Virus record (IMG/VR): IMGVR_UViG_3300035093_000006
Span: 1-59,771 of that record
From: a virus
Lineage: Duplodnaviria > Caudoviricetes
Strand: one strand, 5' to 3'
DNA: 59,771 bases
The stretch's first letter is position 1, and every line of letters starts with the position of its first letter. Below are positions 56,289 to 59,771 of this stretch, one piece after another. The notes below the pieces were generated by a model that saw only the letters and a program-made list of their open reading frames with translations, searched no databases and was not told where the DNA came from. The translations under genes and the position numbers were made by a program.

Positions 56289-57023
56289 CTAGCTCTTCGC
56301 CGCGAGGAACGCCTGAACGATCGTCCGCGCCGCGGGGAAGTGCTTCGCGTAGTGCTCCTCGATTGGCTTCGCCCAACCCCACGCCCGCCAGTCGACCCCG
56401 CCGCCCGTCATCGACCAGAGCACCTTGGCTGCCTCGGCCGGGTCGTCGCACTGCGCGTCATCGAAGCGGAAGTGAAACCGGGTGTTGATCTGGTAGAGCC
56501 CCCGGTCGGAGTGGCCCTGCTGGGTGTGGTCGTGGTTCCACGCCGCGGCCGGCCCCTCGACGCCGATCACCGTGCCGGCCGGGCGGAACCCCGAGCTGGG
56601 CAGCCAGTTCCGCGCGCGCACGAAGTAGCCCGACTCCCCCGCCGCGATGGCGAGCCCGTTGGTCAGGTGCGCCTCGGTGCGAAACCCTGCCGCCCAGAGA
56701 TGGGGCACGAGGTCGGCCGGCGCGATCTTCTCGGTGCCGAACGTCGAGGGCGGGTCGTCCACCCAGAACTCGGAGCGGAGCGCGGGGGCCTGGACCCGGT
56801 ACTGGATCGCGACCGCGTGGGTTCCGAACGACGCGCCCGGCCAGCCCCACCCCCCGTCGGTGTGCTGGTAGAGATGTCCGTACCCCGTCTCGATGAAGCG
56901 CCCCGGTTGGGTCACCTCGTCGATCAGCAGGCGGTGCAAGGTGTCGCCGCGGCCGACCTCGAGCGAGACGACGAGCCGCCCAGTCTTCTCGATGTGCTGC
57001 AGGTGTGCGATGCGTGAGGTCAC
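56289..57023 (-). CDS. Lytic transglycosylase (SLT/lysozyme-like)
   Basis: LAIAAGESG..A.N..SDRGLYQIN..DP.EAA..DWRAW. Confidence 0.8.
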   Translation of the reverse strand: MTSRIAHLQHIEKTGRLVVSLEVGRGDTLHRLLIDEVTQPGRFIETGYGHLYQHTDGGWGWPGASFGTHAVAIQYRVQAPALRSEFWVDDPPSTFGTEKIAPADLVPHLWAAGFRTEAHLTNGLAIAAGESGYFVRARNWLPSSGFRPAGTVIGVEGPAAAWNHDHTQQGHSDRGLYQINTRFHFRFDDAQCDDPAEAAKVLWSMTGGGVDWRAWGWAKPIEEHYAKHFPAARTIVQAFLAAKS

Positions 57024-57247
57024 GGGGTCTCCCGACAGGTAGGCGCGGCGGTCTGAACGGTGGTGCACGCGGGCCCGAGGTCGCTCCCGTTGCGCGCGGG
57101 TTCGGAGGACACCGCGCCGAGCGAGAACCCGACGAGCAGGCAGAGCAGGGCTACGAGCGCGACGACGATCGCGATGGTGCGCAGGGATCGCGAGTCGCGG
57201 GCGCGTCGGCGGCGGCGGTTGGTGCGCTCGTGGAGGGGGTCGGTCAC
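57020..57247 (-). CDS. Small membrane protein
   Basis: Arg-rich N-terminus plus a TM helix; GTGA coupling. Confidence 0.6.
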   Translation of the reverse strand: MTDPLHERTNRRRRRARDSRSLRTIAIVVALVALLCLLVGFSLGAVSSEPARNGSDLGPACTTVQTAAPTCRETP

Positions 57248-57384
57248 TTCGGTGTCTCCCCAAACTTCGTGGCGCGGCGGAACCGGCACGCGGGATGCTG
57301 GCACCGGTAGTCCGGCACCGTGTGCGTCGAGCGCGACCAGCGACGGAGCACCGACGCGATCGTGTCGTAAATCCGATCCTTCAC
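57244..57384 (-). CDS. 46-aa hypothetical protein
   Basis: Manual translation MKDRIYDTIASVLRRW...FGETPK; coupled at both ends. Confidence 0.5.
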   Translation of the reverse strand: MKDRIYDTIASVLRRWSRSTHTVPDYRCQHPACRFRRATKFGETPK

Positions 57385-57779
57385 TTCGGTGCCTCCCATG
57401 ACCTACGAAGCCAGCCGTTCGCGTACGACTCGGCCGGGTTGGCGTGGATGTGCGCGTGGCAAGGGTGGCAGACCGCGAGCAGGTTGTGCTCGGCGTCCTC
57501 GCCGCCTTGTGACCGGAGCCTGATGTGGTGGGCGTGCTCAGCGGCTCCGGTGCAGACTCCGGGCACGCGAGCCTCGCAGCGGTGGCCGGCGCGGCCCATG
57601 ACGTAGGCGCGGACCTTGCGCCACCAGGCGTCGCGTGCGGCGTCGGGGCGGTACTTACGCTGCTTCTCGCGTCGGGGTTCTCCGGGCTCGCGCGGCTTGC
57701 GCTTGATCGCGCTGCGCTTCAGCGGCTTCGTGGAGCGCAGCAGGGGCGTCTTCCTGGGCGGGAGCGGTGAGCGTTTCAC
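57381..57779 (-). CDS. HNH endonuclease with basic N-terminus
   Basis: KRSPL..KTPL..RCEAR..VCTG....HHIRLRSQGG....NLLAVCHPCHAHIH.NP. Confidence 0.85.
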   Translation of the reverse strand: MKRSPLPPRKTPLLRSTKPLKRSAIKRKPREPGEPRREKQRKYRPDAARDAWWRKVRAYVMGRAGHRCEARVPGVCTGAAEHAHHIRLRSQGGEDAEHNLLAVCHPCHAHIHANPAESYANGWLRRSWEAPK

Positions 57780-58102
57780 TGGTTCGCCATTTCCAGCAGT
57801 ACGTCCGCGTGGCATGGTTGGTCGAGCGGGCACCAACACGCGAGGTCGTGGCCGCGTAGAGGTTCCAGGTCGTCGCGCGTGGGAGCCGGGAGCAGCAGCA
57901 GTCCGTGACAGAGATCCTCAAACATCTCAGCAACGTCCATGCGTGTGGCAGGGTGCTGGAGTTCGGGCGGGTCACCGTCGGGGTACGGCGCACCAACCAG
58001 GAACGGGTTGCCCCAGCGCGACGGACGACCGACGTAGATCGCGCCCTCCGGCATCCGCCAGCCCTTCACCCGTCGCATCTGAATGCGTTTCGGCGCGCTC
58101 AT
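57776..58102 (-). CDS. DUF4326 protein
   Basis: RIQ.RR.KGWRMP.GAIYVGRPSRWGNPF..LRGHDLACWCP..PCHADVLLE.AN. Confidence 0.9.
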   Translation of the reverse strand: MSAPKRIQMRRVKGWRMPEGAIYVGRPSRWGNPFLVGAPYPDGDPPELQHPATRMDVAEMFEDLCHGLLLLPAPTRDDLEPLRGHDLACWCPLDQPCHADVLLEMANQ

Positions 58103-58245
58103 TCGTCCTCCACCACGTACCCCGTCCCCGCACAGTTCACGCACTGCACCTGAACCGGGCACGTCGCTTCGCAGGAACGGAACCCTCCGCAGTCAGGCGC
58201 GTGCGCGGGGTAGGAGCCGGTGCCGTGGCACTGGAGGCACTTCAC
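58099..58245 (-). CDS. Small DnaJ-type zinc-finger protein
   Basis: CLQCHGTG...CVNCAGTG. Confidence 0.65.
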   Translation of the reverse strand: MKCLQCHGTGSYPAHAPDCGGFRSCEATCPVQVQCVNCAGTGYVVEDE

Positions 58246-58544
58246 GAGCGGGCTCCCGTCACGTCGTGGGGGAGTTGCGCGCAGCACTCGAGTGGCAACT
58301 GGTCGCCGTCCTGGTGCTCGACCACCCAAGCCGCACCACCGCTCTCGTCGCGGTCGACCGCAACCAGTCCGCCGACCGCCCACAGTCCCGGGCCGTCTCC
58401 CGGAGTGCCATCAGGATTGGCGGCGACCATCATCCGCGAGAGGTCGTTGTCCTCCAGCATCGCGCCACACCATGAGCATCGTTGCCGCAGTTGCGAGCCG
58501 ACCTGTACCTGCTGGCCCGCGATGTGAACCACGTAGTCGCTCAC
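58242..58544 (-). CDS. Hypothetical protein
   Basis: HIAG..QRCSWCG; coupled. Confidence 0.6.
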   Translation of the reverse strand: MSDYVVHIAGQQVQVGSQLRQRCSWCGAMLEDNDLSRMMVAANPDGTPGDGPGLWAVGGLVAVDRDESGGAAWVVEHQDGDQLPLECCAQLPHDVTGARS

Positions 58545-58699
58545 CGCGGGACCATCTTGATCCGCCGCGGTTCAACGTGAGCGCAGCACGGGCAACGACC
58601 GAGCAACGGCATCGCGCGATGCCCGCACACCTTCACGCGGATGTCCATGCCGACCCCGTAGCCGCCCTCCACGCCCGTCTCCGCCTCGCACGTCTTCAC
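58541..58699 (-). CDS. Small Cys-containing protein
   Basis: GTGA-coupled ORF. Confidence 0.5.
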   Translation of the reverse strand: MKTCEAETGVEGGYGVGMDIRVKVCGHRAMPLLGRCPCCAHVEPRRIKMVPR

Positions 58700-58926
58700 G
58701 CCCTCACCCCCGCGCACCGATGCGGCTCCCCGAGCGCGTCGCACCACCGCGGGAACAGACCCGCCCACCGCAGCTCGACCGGATCACCGCACGTCTCACA
58801 CGTCCCCGGCAACGAGAGCGGCGCGTCGATCGACTGGTCCTCGTGGCTGATGCAGAACCGCTCGCCGATCAACGTCGGTCGCGCGCACGCCCGGCCGGAG
58901 ACGGTGATCCCTTCGCAGTCGCTCAT
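58696..58926 (-). CDS. Small zinc-binding protein
   Basis: CEGIT.SG..C..FC.SH; CETCG..H.C. Confidence 0.55.
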   Translation of the reverse strand: MSDCEGITVSGRACARPTLIGERFCISHEDQSIDAPLSLPGTCETCGDPVELRWAGLFPRWCDALGEPHRCAGVRA

Positions 58927-58940
58927 CTGCTCATCCTCCC

Positions 58941-59144
58941 CTAGTGGTGAAGAACCCGGCAAGGGCGCGCCCGGTTCGCTTTCTTGCGTGCCGCGTGCGC
59001 GAGGTCGTGGACGCGCCGGCCCGTCTCGAGCCAGTCGATCCACGCGGGCAGATCACCGACGACGATCACGTCCGAGAGGTCGATGGTGTCGGTGACGCGG
59101 ACGTTGCGGTCGTGGGCTCCCTCGTACCACCAGTGGCCGATCAC
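58941..59144 (-). CDS. Hypothetical protein
   Basis: GTGA-coupled to the upstream HNH gene. Confidence 0.45.
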   Translation of the reverse strand: MIGHWWYEGAHDRNVRVTDTIDLSDVIVVGDLPAWIDWLETGRRVHDLAHAARKKANRARPCRVLHH

Positions 59145-59545
59145 GCGGACTTCTTCCGGCGCTCGGCCTTGATGCGGGCGAACAGCTCGGCCCGTTCGTG
59201 CTCGGCGCGGTGGTGGGCCAGGTGGTGTCGGCGGCAGAGCCAGCGCACGTCGAGGGGCTTGTTGTAGTCGTCGTGGTGCATCTCGGCGCGCCGGCCGCAC
59301 TCCTCGCAGGACTGGCGGGTCAGCGCCCCCCGCTCCACCGCGTGGCGGGCCTTCAGCCGTGCGAGCTCCTTGAACCGCTGCTCTGCGTTCAGCTTGTGGG
59401 TCTTGCGCCACTCCCGCATGTAGGCGGCGTGGCAGTCCCTGCAGTAGCGACCGTTGCGGGTGTGCTGGCGGTGGCACTTGGAGCACGGGCGGGGTGACCT
59501 GCGTGTTCTACGCGGCGAGGAACGTTCCACGATTGACACGGCCAT
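59141..59545 (-). CDS. HNH-type endonuclease
   Basis: CSKC..CRDC; AVERG.L....CEECG..AEMHHDDYNKPLDVRWLCRRHH. Confidence 0.8.
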   Translation of the reverse strand: MAVSIVERSSPRRTRRSPRPCSKCHRQHTRNGRYCRDCHAAYMREWRKTHKLNAEQRFKELARLKARHAVERGALTRQSCEECGRRAEMHHDDYNKPLDVRWLCRRHHLAHHRAEHERAELFARIKAERRKKSA

Positions 59546-59771
59546 CAGACTGCCTCCGATTCGACGTCGGTACTCGGTTGCTCGGACCCTGCGTGTCGCC
59601 TCGCCTTGATCGCGGCGAGCGCTTCCAGTCCCGCGGCTCGGTCATCGTCGGTGACGGGATCAGGGGCCAGGTCGGCTCCGGTGCGCTCGCGGGCGTAGAG
59701 CTCGGTCGATGGAACCGCAGCAGGCGCGTCGCCATCCTCCGTGACTGCTGCCGCGGTCTTGTTCATCTTGG
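59545..59771 (-). CDS. C-terminal part of a gene entering from the right edge
   Basis: Frame is open to the window end; stop overlaps the next ATG. Confidence 0.5.
   Translation of the reverse strand, partial: KMNKTAAAVTEDGDAPAAVPSTELYARERTGADLAPDPVTDDDRAAGLEALAAIKARRHAGSEQPSTDVESEAV

Noticed and set aside
59545-59771. Direct circular join of the right end to base 1, completing the rep gene
   Set aside because: A direct join reads ...GG-P-R-stop and is out of frame with the right-edge ORF. I saw no terminal repeat, so a gap of unknown size remains.

Overview
The window is almost certainly most of a high-GC actinobacterial siphovirus genome. It is densely coding. The order is early/accessory genes, terminase small and large subunits, portal, scaffold, head decoration, major capsid, an initiator tRNA-Met, a MuF-type minor head protein with a toxin-like C-terminus, head-tail and tail genes with a GGGAAAA -1 frameshift, a 2087-aa tape measure protein, tail tip and fibre genes, lysis genes, and a block of cell-envelope-active accessory genes. 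Both ends carry leftward genes that look like one operon broken at the window edge. I see no integrase, DNA polymerase, helicase or CRISPR array. The most unusual signals are: (1) about 22 degenerate R-x-F-A-x-G-G-h-x-E repeats in the tape measure C-terminal half; (2) a 17-bp palindrome GTACC-GTATNNN-GGTAC wrapped around a -10 box at 7 sites that head non-structural cassettes; (3) a second promoter-like motif TCCRCG-N20-TANNCT in front of late genes; (4) a conserved GAAGGGACC ribosome-binding motif whose exact complement lies in the loop of the hairpin after the capsid gene; (5) a candidate antisense/attenuator structure in the replication-initiator leader; (6) gene-boundary repeats CCACTCAAGACG; (7) nine to ten HNH genes, several with their own promoters. 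All product calls come from motif recognition by eye, with no database search. Host assignment (Actinomycetota, possibly Acidimicrobiia) is inference.
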